The position numbers and the translations under genes are program-made. Shown here piece after piece: positions 26,257 through 36,638 of a DNA stretch of 64,000 nucleotides (positions are counted from its first letter, which is position 1; every line of letters starts with the position of its first letter). Origin of the DNA: an uncultured Actinomycetes bacterium (GTDB lineage Bacteria > Actinomycetota > Acidimicrobiia > IMCC26256 > DASPTH01); NCBI GenBank assembly GCA_963815405.1, contig CAWFGR010000006.1, positions 82,350 to 146,349 of the forward strand. Direction: 5' to 3'. The notes beneath the pieces were generated by a model, which was not told the origin of the DNA, made no database searches, and saw only the letters and a program-made list of their open reading frames with translations.

Positions 26257-27720
26257 TCAGCCGCGCGTGAACGCCAGCTCGCCGATGCGCGCGAACAGCT
26301 GCGGGTAGATACCCACCACGAGCACGATCGCGCCGGCGATCCCGATGGCAGCGACGAGCGCCGTCGGCATGGTGGCCTCCTGCGTGTGGCTGGGATCCGG
26401 AGCGTGGAACCAGATCCGGCGCGCGACGCCTGCGTAGTAGAAGAACGCGATCACCGAGTTCACTGCGGCAACGATCGCCAAGACGACCGCGGGCGTCGAG
26501 TGCGCGTCGAGGAGGGCTCGGAACATCACGAACTTGGCGAACCATCCGGCGAGCGGCGGGATCCCGGCGAGTGAGAACAAGAACATGGACATCACGACCG
26601 CGAGCCACGGCGACGTGGTGCCCAGGCCCGAGTAGGTGACGATGTCGGCCGAGCGCGTGCGGCGCGCCACCGCGATGACGACGGCGAACGCACCGAGGTT
26701 CATCGCGCCGTAGATGAGCAGGTAGATCACGACCGCTTCGAACGCAGACTTCTGGGCGGTGCCGTCCCCCGCGATCGCGAGCGGAGCAAGGATGAAGCCG
26801 CCCTGCGCGATGGACGAGTACGCGAGCATCCGCACGATGTTCGTCTGGCGCAGGGCGACGAGGTTGCCGATCGTCATCGACGCCGCCGCCAGGATCCAGA
26901 GCGCAATCTCCCACGAGTCACGCGACTCGAGGAAGCCGAAGCGGATGATCGACAGCAGCGCGACGAAACCGCCGGCCTTGGATGCCACCGACAGGAACGC
27001 GGTGACCGGCGTCGGAGCGCCCTCGTAGGTGTCAGGCGTCCAGAAGTGGAATGGGACCGCGCTCACCTTGAAGGCGAAGCCCGCCAGCGTCAGGAAGATC
27101 GCGACCGTGAACAGGGCCGGCGTGTGCGTCCCGGCAACCTTCGCAATGTCGCTGAGCCGGGTCGAGCCCGCGGCGCCGTAGACGAACGACATCCCGTAGA
27201 GCATGACGGCCGAGGACAAGACGCCGAAGACGAAGTACTTGATCGCGGCTTCGTTGGAGTTGCCGTCGTGCTTTCGCCACGCTACGAGCACGAAGGTCGG
27301 CATCGTGATCGTCTCGAGCGCCACGAAGATCGACACCAGGTCGCGCGCCGATGCCATCGCGGTCATGCCGAGGACCGACGTCAACAGCAAGAAGTAGAAC
27401 TCGCCCTGGTAGTAGTCGCCCTCACTGATGTAGTCGACCGAGAGCAGCAGCGACACGTAGGCAACGACGAGGAAGAACGCCTTGAGCGCCAAGGCGTAGT
27501 TGTCGACCACGTATGCGCCGCCGAACAGAGAGCGATCCGATCCGTCGGCGGCGAGCGTCAGCACGGGAACGAGCGCGGCGAGGACGCCGATCGAAGCGAT
27601 CCGGGACGTCGTGAAGCGAGAACGCTCCGGCCAGAGCAAGTCGGCCACGAGCACGACGATGATCGTTGCCGTGAGCACGATCTCCGGCGCGATCGCGTGG
27701 AAGTCGACGTGCGGGTTCAT
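26257..27720 (-). CDS. nuoN: NADH-quinone oxidoreductase subunit N (11-gene set)
   Basis: ...DLVSIFVALETITMPTFVLVA...KVSAVPFHFWTPDTYEGAPTPVTAFLS... Confidence 0.9.
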   Translation of the reverse strand: MNPHVDFHAIAPEIVLTATIIVVLVADLLWPERSRFTTSRIASIGVLAALVPVLTLAADGSDRSLFGGAYVVDNYALALKAFFLVVAYVSLLLSVDYISEGDYYQGEFYFLLLTSVLGMTAMASARDLVSIFVALETITMPTFVLVAWRKHDGNSNEAAIKYFVFGVLSSAVMLYGMSFVYGAAGSTRLSDIAKVAGTHTPALFTVAIFLTLAGFAFKVSAVPFHFWTPDTYEGAPTPVTAFLSVASKAGGFVALLSIIRFGFLESRDSWEIALWILAAASMTIGNLVALRQTNIVRMLAYSSIAQGGFILAPLAIAGDGTAQKSAFEAVVIYLLIYGAMNLGAFAVVIAVARRTRSADIVTYSGLGTTSPWLAVVMSMFLFSLAGIPPLAGWFAKFVMFRALLDAHSTPAVVLAIVAAVNSVIAFFYYAGVARRIWFHAPDPSHTQEATMPTALVAAIGIAGAIVLVVGIYPQLFARIGELAFTRG

Positions 27721-27721
27721 T

Positions 27722-29272
27722 TCACAGGGCCTTCGTCAAGTGCGACACCATGTTGGTGACCGCCGGGTCCTGGATCTTGAAGAGCAGATTCGGGTAGATC
27801 CCGAGCGCGACGACGAAGGCGAGGATCGGCGCCCACGCGATCCATTCGGGTCCGTGCACGTCGTGGATGTGCGCACCCTCGAACTCCGCCTTCGGCGTCC
27901 CGAACGCGACCCGCTGCAGCATCCACAGCAGGTATCCCGCCGCCAGGACAGTGCCGATCGCGGCCACCACCATGAAGATCCGGAACGTCCACAGTGTGCC
28001 GCCGCTGGTCCCGAAGAGGCCGTGCGGGTTGACCGGGTTGTACGCCGACAGGATGGCCGGGAACTCGCCCCAGAAACCGGCGAGGCCGGGAAGCCCGAGC
28101 GACGCCATCGCCGAGAAGCTGAGGATCCAGCCCAGGTGTGGCGCCTGCGTCAGCAGCCCACCCAGGCGACTGAGCTCTCGGGTCTCGTAGCGCTCCTGCA
28201 CCGAGCCGGCCACGAAGAACAGCATCCCGGTGATCAACCCGTGCGCCACCATGCCGAACAGCGCGGCGTTGATGCCGAAGTTCGTCAGCGTCGCGACGCC
28301 GAGCATCACGAAGCCCATGTGTGCGATCGACGAGAACGCGATCAGTCGCTTCATGTCGCGTTGCGCGAGACACCCGAGCGCGCCGTAGATGATGCCGATG
28401 ACCGCGAGGAGACCGATCCAAGGCGCCCACGTCTGTGCCGCGCCGGGCAGCACCGGCAGCGCGATCCGAATGAACCCGTACACGCCGAGCTTCAGAAGGA
28501 TCGCGGCCAGCAACACCGATCCCGCGGTCGGGGCTTCGGTGTGGGCGTCGGGAAGCCAGGTGTGGAAGGGGAACATGGGAACCTTGATCGCGAAGCCGAG
28601 GAACAGGCCGGCGAACAACAGCACCTGGGTACCGTGCGCGATCCCTGCGCCGTGGAGCTGCGACAGGCGCACGATATCGAAGGTGTGCTCCTTCGAGAGG
28701 AAGAACAGCGCCAGGAAGCTCAGCAACATCATCGCCGAACCGAAGAGCGTGAACAGGAAGAACTTGATCGACGCGTACTCCCGATTGGGGCCTCCCCAGA
28801 CTCCGATCATGAAGAACATGGGAAGCAGCACGATCTCGAAGAAGATGAAGAACAGGATGAGGTCCTGCGCGGCGAACGTTCCGTTCATGCCGACCTCGAG
28901 CAGCAACATCAGCGCGAGGAAGGCCTTCGGGTTGTGCGGCTCAGGGAAGTGGTTCCACGAATAGATCACGACCAGCGTCGTGATGAACATCGAGAGCACG
29001 AGCATCGGCAGCGAGATGCCGTCGATGCCGACGTGGTAGCGGCTGTTGATGACGTCGATCCACGACTTGTCGACCGTGAACTGGAGCTTGCCGCTCCCGT
29101 AGTCGAAGCGGGCAAGGAGGACCACGCCGACCGCGAGCGTGACCAGCGTGGTGGCGAGCGTCACCATCTTGATCAGCTGCTCTTCGGCTCTCGGGATCAG
29201 CAGCACGATCGCCATCCCGACGGCCGGGATGAAGATCGCCAGCGTGAGAGCCCAGCTGTCGAACCAATCCAT
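27722..29272 (-). CDS. nuoM: NADH-quinone oxidoreductase subunit M (11-gene set)
   Basis: ...GIDGISLPMLVL...KVPMFPFHTWLPDAHTEAPTAGSVLLAAILLKLG... Confidence 0.9.
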   Translation of the reverse strand: MDWFDSWALTLAIFIPAVGMAIVLLIPRAEEQLIKMVTLATTLVTLAVGVVLLARFDYGSGKLQFTVDKSWIDVINSRYHVGIDGISLPMLVLSMFITTLVVIYSWNHFPEPHNPKAFLALMLLLEVGMNGTFAAQDLILFFIFFEIVLLPMFFMIGVWGGPNREYASIKFFLFTLFGSAMMLLSFLALFFLSKEHTFDIVRLSQLHGAGIAHGTQVLLFAGLFLGFAIKVPMFPFHTWLPDAHTEAPTAGSVLLAAILLKLGVYGFIRIALPVLPGAAQTWAPWIGLLAVIGIIYGALGCLAQRDMKRLIAFSSIAHMGFVMLGVATLTNFGINAALFGMVAHGLITGMLFFVAGSVQERYETRELSRLGGLLTQAPHLGWILSFSAMASLGLPGLAGFWGEFPAILSAYNPVNPHGLFGTSGGTLWTFRIFMVVAAIGTVLAAGYLLWMLQRVAFGTPKAEFEGAHIHDVHGPEWIAWAPILAFVVALGIYPNLLFKIQDPAVTNMVSHLTKAL

Positions 29273-29319
29273 CGAAGTGTTCCCCTCGAATCAGCGGCGA
29301 GCGCGCCAGGAGCCGAGCA

Positions 29320-31398
29320 TTAGATGTTCTTCACCAAGAGACCGAGGCTCAGCATCGAGACCCCGGCGAACATGAGCAGCGCGTAGCGCTGCACGCGACC
29401 GGACTGGAGATAGCGCAGGAGGCCACCGGTCTCGCCGGTCACCTCCGCGATCTCGTTGACCGCTCCGTCGACTCCCCGCTGGTCGATCACGTCGTAGGTG
29501 AAGCGACCCGCGCGCATCGCGAGCCGGCCGGTGCCGTTCACGACACCGTCGATCACGTGCTGGTTGAACCAGTACGCGCCCTTGGCGATCGGACCCTTGA
29601 TGGATCCGACAATCACGTTCTCGTAGAGGTCGTCGAGGTAGAGCTTCTTCACGAGGAACTGGTAGCCGGCACACGCCAGCGCGTTCCGTTCGGTGAGGCC
29701 ATGCATCACCGTGTTCTGCTCCCGGCGGAACCAGTAGGCCGCGCTCACGCCGATCCCGAGCAGGGCGATGACGACGGCCAGCGCCGCCCCCCCGTAGCTG
29801 AAGTCCGCGTGCACGAGGTGTGGGAACGTGCTCGTCGGCTCGAACCACTCCCTGAACTTCTCGATGCCGAGAGGTGCGGCGTTGAGCAACCCCGCGAAGG
29901 TCGAGAAGACGGCGAGCACGACGAGGGGAATCGTGATCAGCGGCTCCGACTCGTGCGGATGGTGGTGGCCGCGGTACTCGCCGAAGAAGGTCAGGTACAC
30001 GCAGCGCGTCATGTACGCCGCGGTCAGGGCCGCGCCGATGAGTCCGATGACCAAGAACGTGTCGTAGCCGGTCTTGCCCGCAGTGACGAGGATCTCGTCC
30101 TTCGACCAGAAGCCGGCGAAGGGCGGAAGTCCCGCGAGCGCGATCGAGCCGATCATGAACGTCGTGAAGGTGATCGGCATGTGCTTGCGGAGCCCACCCA
30201 TGTCCGCCTTCATGTCGAACGAGTGGTGCGAGCCCGAGTGGCTCACCGATCCGGCACCCAGGAACAGGAGCGCCTTGAAGAACGCGTGGGTGAAGAGGTG
30301 GAAGATCGCGGCGGTCCACGCGCCGCAGCCCAGCGCCATGACCATGTAGCCCAGCTGGCTGATCGTGGAGTACGCGAGCACCTTCTTGATGTCGCGCTGC
30401 ACGAAGGCGAGCGCAGCTCCGACGAGGATCGTCACCCCGCCGATCAGCGCCATCGCGTTGACGCCGCCGTGGGCGATCGAGAAGCCCTCGAAGAAGACGG
30501 GATACAAGCGCGCGACGAGGTACACGCCGGCCACCACCATCGTGGCCGCGTGGATCAACGCCGAGACCGGTGTCGGGCCGGCCATGGCGTCGGGCAGCCA
30601 GGTGTGGAGCGGGAACTGACCGCTCTTGCCGATGACGCCGATGAACAAGCACGCCGCGCCGGCGAGCAAGAAGCCGTGCCGAGCACCGCCGCTCAGCGCA
30701 TAGGCGTTGATGCCGCCGATGCTGAAGGTACCGGCGGCGAAGAACGTGATCACGATGCCGATGAGCAGCCCGATGTCACCCGTGCGAGTCGTGAGAAAGG
30801 CCTTGAGCGCCGCCTTCGAGTTCTCCGGCTCTTCCCACCAGTGGCCGATCAGGGCGAAGGAGCACAGACCGACGCCCTCCCAGCCCACGAGGAGCTGCAG
30901 CGTGTTGTCGGCGACGACGAGCAGCAACATCGAAGCGGTGAAGAGGCTCAGCATCGCGAAGTAATGGGTGAACCGGCGATCGCCGCGCAGGTAGGCAACC
31001 GAGTAGATGTGCACCAAGATCGAGATCAAGCCGACGACGAACATCATCATCACGGCGAGGCCGTCGATGCGCGTCCCCACTTCGAACGCGACCCCACCGC
31101 TGCGCCACCACGTGATCGCGTGGACCACCGGCTTGACGACGGCACCCTCGTGGCCACCACCCGCGACCGCGGCCTTGACGCTGCTCCCGAGCGCGCGCAG
31201 GGCGCCGCCCGACGTGTGACCCGCGTCGTCGACCCGGTTGATCCACTGGACGAGCGCCACGACTGCGAGCACGAACGAGGACCCGACGGCGGTGATGCCG
31301 ATCTCCGCGCCCTTCAGCGGGAGGCGCTTGCCGAAGAAGAGGATGAGGACGAACAACAGCGCGGGGAGCGTCGGGATGATCCAGGCGTGATCGAGCAT
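29320..31398 (-). CDS. nuoL: NADH-quinone oxidoreductase subunit L (11-gene set)
   Basis: ...[21 protein letters not shown]...[36 protein letters not shown]... Confidence 0.9.
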   Translation of the reverse strand: MLDHAWIIPTLPALLFVLILFFGKRLPLKGAEIGITAVGSSFVLAVVALVQWINRVDDAGHTSGGALRALGSSVKAAVAGGGHEGAVVKPVVHAITWWRSGGVAFEVGTRIDGLAVMMMFVVGLISILVHIYSVAYLRGDRRFTHYFAMLSLFTASMLLLVVADNTLQLLVGWEGVGLCSFALIGHWWEEPENSKAALKAFLTTRTGDIGLLIGIVITFFAAGTFSIGGINAYALSGGARHGFLLAGAACLFIGVIGKSGQFPLHTWLPDAMAGPTPVSALIHAATMVVAGVYLVARLYPVFFEGFSIAHGGVNAMALIGGVTILVGAALAFVQRDIKKVLAYSTISQLGYMVMALGCGAWTAAIFHLFTHAFFKALLFLGAGSVSHSGSHHSFDMKADMGGLRKHMPITFTTFMIGSIALAGLPPFAGFWSKDEILVTAGKTGYDTFLVIGLIGAALTAAYMTRCVYLTFFGEYRGHHHPHESEPLITIPLVVLAVFSTFAGLLNAAPLGIEKFREWFEPTSTFPHLVHADFSYGGAALAVVIALLGIGVSAAYWFRREQNTVMHGLTERNALACAGYQFLVKKLYLDDLYENVIVGSIKGPIAKGAYWFNQHVIDGVVNGTGRLAMRAGRFTYDVIDQRGVDGAVNEIAEVTGETGGLLRYLQSGRVQRYALLMFAGVSMLSLGLLVKNI

Positions 31399-31405
31399 GA
31401 CGGCC

Positions 31406-31705
31406 TCAGCCCCTCAGATGGTCGACGGTGTCGAGGTCGGGACTGTGGATGTTGCGGTAGAGCAGCAGGATGATGGCGAGCCCGATGCCGACCTCGGCAG
31501 CCGCGATCGTGATGACGAACAGCGCGAACACCGCTCCGTCCACGGAGTGGTGGAACGCCGAGAACGCGATCAGGTTGATGTTCACCGCGTTGAGCATCAG
31601 CTCGACGCTCATGAGCACGAGGACCGCGTTCTTGCGGGCCAGGACGCCGTAGACGCCGGTGCAGAAGAGGAAAGCGCTGAGGATCAGGAAGTTGTTGAGG
31701 ACCAC
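31406..31705 (-). CDS. nuoK: NADH-quinone oxidoreductase subunit K (11-gene set)
   Basis: 99 aa. ...[20 protein letters not shown]...[18 protein letters not shown]... Confidence 0.9.
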   Translation of the reverse strand: MVLNNFLILSAFLFCTGVYGVLARKNAVLVLMSVELMLNAVNINLIAFSAFHHSVDGAVFALFVITIAAAEVGIGLAIILLLYRNIHSPDLDTVDHLRG

Positions 31706-31706
31706 G

Positions 31707-32210
31707 TCAGTCCCTCCGCGCGATCACGACCGCGCCGACGAGCGCGGCGAGGAGCAGCATCGAGACCACTTCGAACGGGACGACGTAGGTGCGAAAGACG
31801 CTGGTTGCGACCGTGTTCGCCTTGCCGACGGCGAGCAGCTTGTCGTTCAACTGCACCTTGTCGCCGCCGTAGGCGTCCACGAGCAGCGCAGTGACGACCC
31901 CGAAGAAAAAGAGTGAGACCGCGGCCGAGGCGAAGCGCTGGCGGTTGTCGAGGCTGCCGCTGGGTCTCATGGGTGCCCGCGTGAGCATGATCCCGAACAG
32001 GAACAGGATCACGACCGCACCGATGTAGATGAGAACCTGCACCCACGCCACGAATTCCGAGGCCAACAGGATGTACTGCGCGGCTGCCCCCGCCAGCACG
32101 ACGACGAGGAACAGTGCGGCGTGCACGACATTCTGCGAGCGCACCACGCCGATCGCCGCCGCCGCCATCGCGACCGCAAGGATCCAGAACGCGACGTTTT
32201 GCGCGATCAC
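31707..32210 (-). CDS. nuoJ: NADH-quinone oxidoreductase subunit J (11-gene set)
   Basis: GTG start in a GTGA overlap with nuo[50 protein letters not shown]... Confidence 0.85.
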   Translation of the reverse strand: MIAQNVAFWILAVAMAAAAIGVVRSQNVVHAALFLVVVLAGAAAQYILLASEFVAWVQVLIYIGAVVILFLFGIMLTRAPMRPSGSLDNRQRFASAAVSLFFFGVVTALLVDAYGGDKVQLNDKLLAVGKANTVATSVFRTYVVPFEVVSMLLLAALVGAVVIARRD

Positions 32211-32697
32211 TTCTTCTTGACCTCGGCGCCCAGCTCGAGGGGTTCGGGCTCGGGGACCGTCGCCATCCACTCGCCGAGCTTGCGCTTGTCGTGGAGGAGG
32301 TTCGCGATGTTCGACTCCGAGTACTCGAAGTCGGGGCTCCAGAACAGCGCATCGAACGGGCAGACCTCGACACAGATGCCGCAGTACATGCACAGCGCGT
32401 AGTCGATGTCGAAGCGATCGAGCACGCTGACGGTGCGCTCGCGCCCGCCCTCACGCGTCGCGGCGGACGCTTCTCCTTGTGCCCTTCGATGTAGATGCAC
32501 CAGTCCGGGCAGGAGCGGGCGCAGAGCATGCACACCGTGCAGTTCTCCTCCTTGAGCGCGATGACCCCGCGCGACCGAGGCGCGGGATCCTCCTTCTCGT
32601 GGGGATACTGCACGGTGACCGCGGGCTTGAGCATCGTCTTGAACGTGACGCCCAACCCGCTGATGAGACCCGGGACCTTCTTCTTCTTCTTCGCCAT
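32207..32697 (-). CDS. nuoI: NADH-quinone oxidoreductase subunit I (11-gene set), frame break near 32455-32480
   Basis: [23 protein letters not shown]...[22 protein letters not shown] in one frame, and ...[23 protein letters not shown] in the next. Span 491 nt (3n+2). Confidence 0.85.
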
Positions 32698-33729
32698 CAG
32701 AAGACCACCTTCAGCACGCCGGTGGCGAGGATGTTCACGAGACCGAGGGGAATGAGGAACTTCCACGCAAGCGCTTGGAGCTGGTCCTCACGCAGCCGCG
32801 GGTAGGTGAAGCGGACCCAGAACATCACGAAGGCGACGAGCATCGTCTTGGTGATGAGCACGATCGGCCCGAGGACCCGCATCAACCCGACGTTGTGGAT
32901 GAACGGAATGCTCCAACCGCCGAGGAACAAGGTGGCCGACAGCGCAGCGAACGCGAAGGCGGTGCCGAACTCGCCGATGAAGAAGAACAAGAAGCGGAAG
33001 CCCGTGTACTCGACCATGTAGCCGGCCACGAGCTCGCTCTCGGCGACGGGCATGTCGAACGGCGTCTGGGTCAGCTCGGCCTGCGAGGACACGAGGAACA
33101 GAGCGAAGCCAACGAACTGGGTCAAGATGAAGGGGAAGCCGAGCCCGTCCCACCCGAAGATCGCGTCGTGGGACTGCGCGCCGACGATGCCCTGCAAGCT
33201 CATCGTGCCGGCCTGCACGACGACCCCCACCACGGCGAGCAGGAGCGGGAGCTCGTACGCGATGAGCTGCGCCGCCGCCCGCAACGCGCCGAGCAACGAG
33301 AACTTGTTGGCGCTCGCCCACCCGGCCATCAGCACGCCGATCACCGAGAGGCTGGACACTGCCGAGCGCGTAGAAGACCCCGACGTCGAGGTCGCGCACC
33401 ACCAGGTCGGGACCGGCTGGGATGACGACGAAGACGAGGAACGTCGACATCACCACGACCGCCGGCGCGAAGGCGAACACCCACCGATCGGCCTCGCCGG
33501 GAATGATGTCCTCTTTCTGGATGAACTTGATGCCGTCGCCGATGAGCTGGAACCAGCCGTGGAAACCACCGGGGTCCATCGGGCCGAGCCGGCTCTGCAT
33601 GTGGCTCATCATCTTCAGCAGGAAGACGTAGCCGAGCACGAGCGCCGCGGCGGGCACCAGACCGAGGATGACCACGGTCTTGATGGCGAGCGTGGTCCCC
33701 CATCCGACATCGACGCCCAAGACGTTCAT
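32697..33729 (-). CDS. nuoH: NADH-quinone oxidoreductase subunit H (11-gene set), frame break near 33360
   Basis: ...[26 protein letters not shown]...GVFYAL then, in the next frame, [36 protein letters not shown]. Span is 3n+1. Confidence 0.85.
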
Positions 33730-33748
33730 CCTTGCCCGCTCTCGGCGA

Positions 33749-34954
33749 TCATCGATCGATGTCCCCGAGGATGAAGTACAGGCTCGCCAGGATCGTGATG
33801 ACGTCGGGGACGAAGACGCCGCGGAGCAACCAGGGCAGGATCGAGATGTTGCTGAACGACGCCGATCGGATCTTCACGCGAAACGGACCGGTCGCGCCCT
33901 TCGACACCACGTAGTACCCCATCTGGCCAAGGGGATTCTCGGTCTCGACCCAGACCTCGCCCTCGGGAACCTTGATGATCCGGGGCACTTTGGCCATGAC
34001 GGGGCCCGTAGGGATCCGGTCGAGCATCTGGACCACCATGCGCGCCGACTCGCGCGTCTCTTGCAACCGGACCCAGTAGCGCGCGAAGGAGTCGCCGTCG
34101 GGATGCGTCCAGACCTTGAAGTCGAGCTCGGGGTACACGAGGTACGGCTCGCCGTCGCGGCGGAGGTCCCAGTCGACGCCCGACGCGCGGAGGTTGGAGC
34201 CGGAGACGCCGTACGCGGCCCCGAGGTCAGCCGGGATGATCCCGATCGAGCGTGTGCGGGCTTCGAAGATCTCGTTGCCCGCGACCAGACCCTCGAACGT
34301 GTCGCACGCGTCGAGCACCGTCTTCATCGCGTTGCGCGTGTCGTTGATCCAACCCCACGGAAGGTCGTCCTTGATGCCGCCGATGCGGTTGAAGTTCGGG
34401 TGGAAGCGCCCGCCGGTCGCCGCCTCGATCAGGTTGAGCACATACTCACGGTCGCGGAACCCGTAGAACGCCGGGGTGATCGCGCCCACCTGCAGACCCA
34501 TCTCGCCGAGGAACAGCACGAAGGTCGCGATGCGACTGAGCTCGGTGAGGATCGTGCGGATGTACTGCGCGCGGGGAGGTGCCTCGATCCCCATCAGCCG
34601 TTCCGCGGCGTGGATGAAGGGCACCTCGTTCGCGAAGCTCGAGAGCCAGTCGATTCGGTTGATCAGCGTCGTGATCTGCGGGTAGGTCCGGAACTCGGTG
34701 AGCTTCTCGTAGCCGCGGTGCATGTACCCGATGATCGGGTCGGCCGCGAGCACGCGTTCACCGTCGAGGCGCACGACGAGTCGCAGGGTTCCGTGCGTGG
34801 CCGGGTGCTGCGGCCCGAGGTTCAAGATCATGTCGCCCGTGTCGAGCTCGACGTTCACCTGCGCCTCGGCGAGGTGGCGGAGCGCGCGCGGATCCAGCTC
34901 GATCGCCGGCGCGGCCGTCCCCGCACCTGGACCGGTCGGGGTCCCGCTGCTCAT
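33749..34954 (-). CDS. nuoD: NADH-quinone oxidoreductase subunit D (11-gene set)
   Basis: ...[25 protein letters not shown]...[11 protein letters not shown]...[15 protein letters not shown] overlap with nuoC. Confidence 0.9.
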   Translation of the reverse strand: MSSGTPTGPGAGTAAPAIELDPRALRHLAEAQVNVELDTGDMILNLGPQHPATHGTLRLVVRLDGERVLAADPIIGYMHRGYEKLTEFRTYPQITTLINRIDWLSSFANEVPFIHAAERLMGIEAPPRAQYIRTILTELSRIATFVLFLGEMGLQVGAITPAFYGFRDREYVLNLIEAATGGRFHPNFNRIGGIKDDLPWGWINDTRNAMKTVLDACDTFEGLVAGNEIFEARTRSIGIIPADLGAAYGVSGSNLRASGVDWDLRRDGEPYLVYPELDFKVWTHPDGDSFARYWVRLQETRESARMVVQMLDRIPTGPVMAKVPRIIKVPEGEVWVETENPLGQMGYYVVSKGATGPFRVKIRSASFSNISILPWLLRGVFVPDVITILASLYFILGDIDR

Positions 34955-35631
34955 GTCGACGCCTCGCCGCTCGGCTCGCCGTCGCCTTCTTCGCCGGGCA
35001 TCGGCTCGACGTCGACGAGCCCCGGCCAGGGCTTCACGACGCGCGCCAGGAGCGGGAAGTCCTTGCGGCCGGGATGCCCTTCGAACTCCGACGGGAGATA
35101 GAGGTGGCGCAACGCGGGATGTCCCTCGAAGCCGATGCCGTACATCTCCCAGCACTCACGCTCGTGCCAGTCGGCACCGGGGTACACGTCGACCCATGAC
35201 TGCGCGGTCGGCGCAGCCTCGTCGACGTCGACTTTCAGGACCACGCCGACGTTGCGCGACGTCGATTGGACCCGAGCGAAGACCTGGAAGCGTCCCGCGG
35301 ATCCCGCGACGCCGTACGTCGTCTCCTGCGGCTGCACGGGCGAGGACGTATCGCCACCCGCGTCGTCACCGCTCGTCGGCGCCGGCATCCAGTCGATCCC
35401 GGAGACGAACGACAGGTAGTCGCACCCCAAGGCGCCGCGCGCGAGCTCGGCGCTGCGTCGCCACGCGTCGGGGCGTACCCGGACGACCGGGATGCCGAAG
35501 TTCGCGGCCGATTCGAGGATGGCGTCGCCGAGCTCGGCCTCGAACCGGGCGAGCAGCTCGGCGTGCGCGTCGTCGAGCGCGTGTGGGTCGGTCGAGGTGG
35601 TCTCCGCCCCGGATCCCGTGACGTCAGTCAA
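34951..35631 (-). CDS. nuoC: NADH-quinone oxidoreductase subunit C (11-gene set)
   Basis: TTG start overlapping the nuoB stop. ...[14 protein letters not shown]...[24 protein letters not shown]... Acidic tail. Confidence 0.8.
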   Translation of the reverse strand: MTDVTGSGAETTSTDPHALDDAHAELLARFEAELGDAILESAANFGIPVVRVRPDAWRRSAELARGALGCDYLSFVSGIDWMPAPTSGDDAGGDTSSPVQPQETTYGVAGSAGRFQVFARVQSTSRNVGVVLKVDVDEAAPTAQSWVDVYPGADWHERECWEMYGIGFEGHPALRHLYLPSEFEGHPGRKDFPLLARVVKPWPGLVDVEPMPGEEGDGEPSGEAST

Positions 35632-36150
35632 CGACGATCGGCTCCCCGCGCCAGCGCTGCTCCAGCTCGTGGTTCCCGACGCCTTCGTTCTGGATGCGCT
35701 CCTGCAACAGGACGATGCCCTCGATGAGCGCCTCGGGTCGGGGCGGACACCCGGGACGTACACGTCGACCGGGATGACCTGGTCGATCCCCTTCGTCACG
35801 GAGTACGAGTCCCAGTAGGGGCCGCCGCAGTTGGCGCACGAACCCATCGAAATGACGTATTTGGGGTCGGGCATCTGCTCGTAGAGCCGCTTCACCGCCG
35901 GGGCCATCTTGTCGGTGACCGTGCCCGAGATCACGATGAGGTCTGCCTGGCGGGGGCTCGCCGGGAACGGGATCACGCCGAGCCGCATGAGGTCGTACCG
36001 GGGGCTGGCGAGTGCGGCACCCATCTCGATCGCGCAGCAGGCCAAGCCCCACTGGAACATCCACAGCGAGTACTTGCGACTGTAGTTCAACAGCCAGGTG
36101 AGCGGCTTGAGGCCCGGCTTCGAGAGCGTCCCCTTCTCGATCAGGCCCAC
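35624..36150 (-). CDS. nuoB: NADH-quinone oxidoreductase subunit B (11-gene set), frame break near 35750-35756
   Basis: ...[16 protein letters not shown]...[12 protein letters not shown]...VDVYVPG then [19 protein letters not shown] in the next frame. The site is CCCGGG-T. Span 527 nt (3n+2). Confidence 0.85.
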
Positions 36151-36503
36151 CGCAACACCCCCTTGCGCCAGGCGTAGACGAGCCCGAGGGCCAGGATCAG
36201 GATGAACACACCCATCTCGACGAGCCCGAAGGTCCCGAGAGACTCGAGCCTGACCGCCCACGGGAAGATGAAGACGGCCTCGACGTCGAACATCACGAAG
36301 AGCAGCGCGTACACGTAGTACCGCACGTTCGACTGGCCGAAGCCGAGCACGGCATCCGAGCCCGCCTCGTACGGGAGCAACTTCTCCTCCCGAGGTCGGG
36401 AGGGTCGCAGCAGCCGGCCGGCCCCCAGCATCGCCCCGACCATGAGCAGGGCCGCGCCGACGAAGACCGCCACGGCGAGGTAGCTCCGATAGAACTCGGT
36501 CAC
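36141..36503 (-). CDS. nuoA: NADH-quinone oxidoreductase subunit A (11-gene set)
   Basis: GTG start. ...[11 protein letters not shown]...[25 protein letters not shown]... Confidence 0.9.
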   Translation of the reverse strand: MTEFYRSYLAVAVFVGAALLMVGAMLGAGRLLRPSRPREEKLLPYEAGSDAVLGFGQSNVRYYVYALLFVMFDVEAVFIFPWAVRLESLGTFGLVEMGVFILILALGLVYAWRKGVLRWA

Positions 36504-36570
36504 TCGGGTGGGCCTCCTGCCCCCTTGGCCTCGTTGTCAGCCTCGTTCCGGGGGCTCGAATAGCGGGCGC

Positions 36571-36601
36571 AGTATAGGTCTGGCCTTTCTGGCCCCAACA
36601 A
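36571..36601 (-). promoter_or_regulatory. Weak candidate internal promoter between the two nuo sets (TTGTTG, 19 nt spacer, TATACT)
   Basis: An AT-rich TATACT hexamer stands out in the GC-rich 135-nt spacer. The spacer length is suboptimal. Confidence 0.25.
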
Positions 36602-36638
36602 ACCGTGAACGGCGTCGTAGGGGGTCACGTGGGCCCGT

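Noticed and set aside
34951-36261. 436-aa ORF that looks like a NuoB-NuoC fusion protein
   Set aside because: The conserved NuoB end [19 protein letters not shown]...VVD-TGA lies in the adjacent frame after the CCCGGG-T site. NuoC has its own TTG start overlapping that stop. The apparent fusion results from a single missing base.
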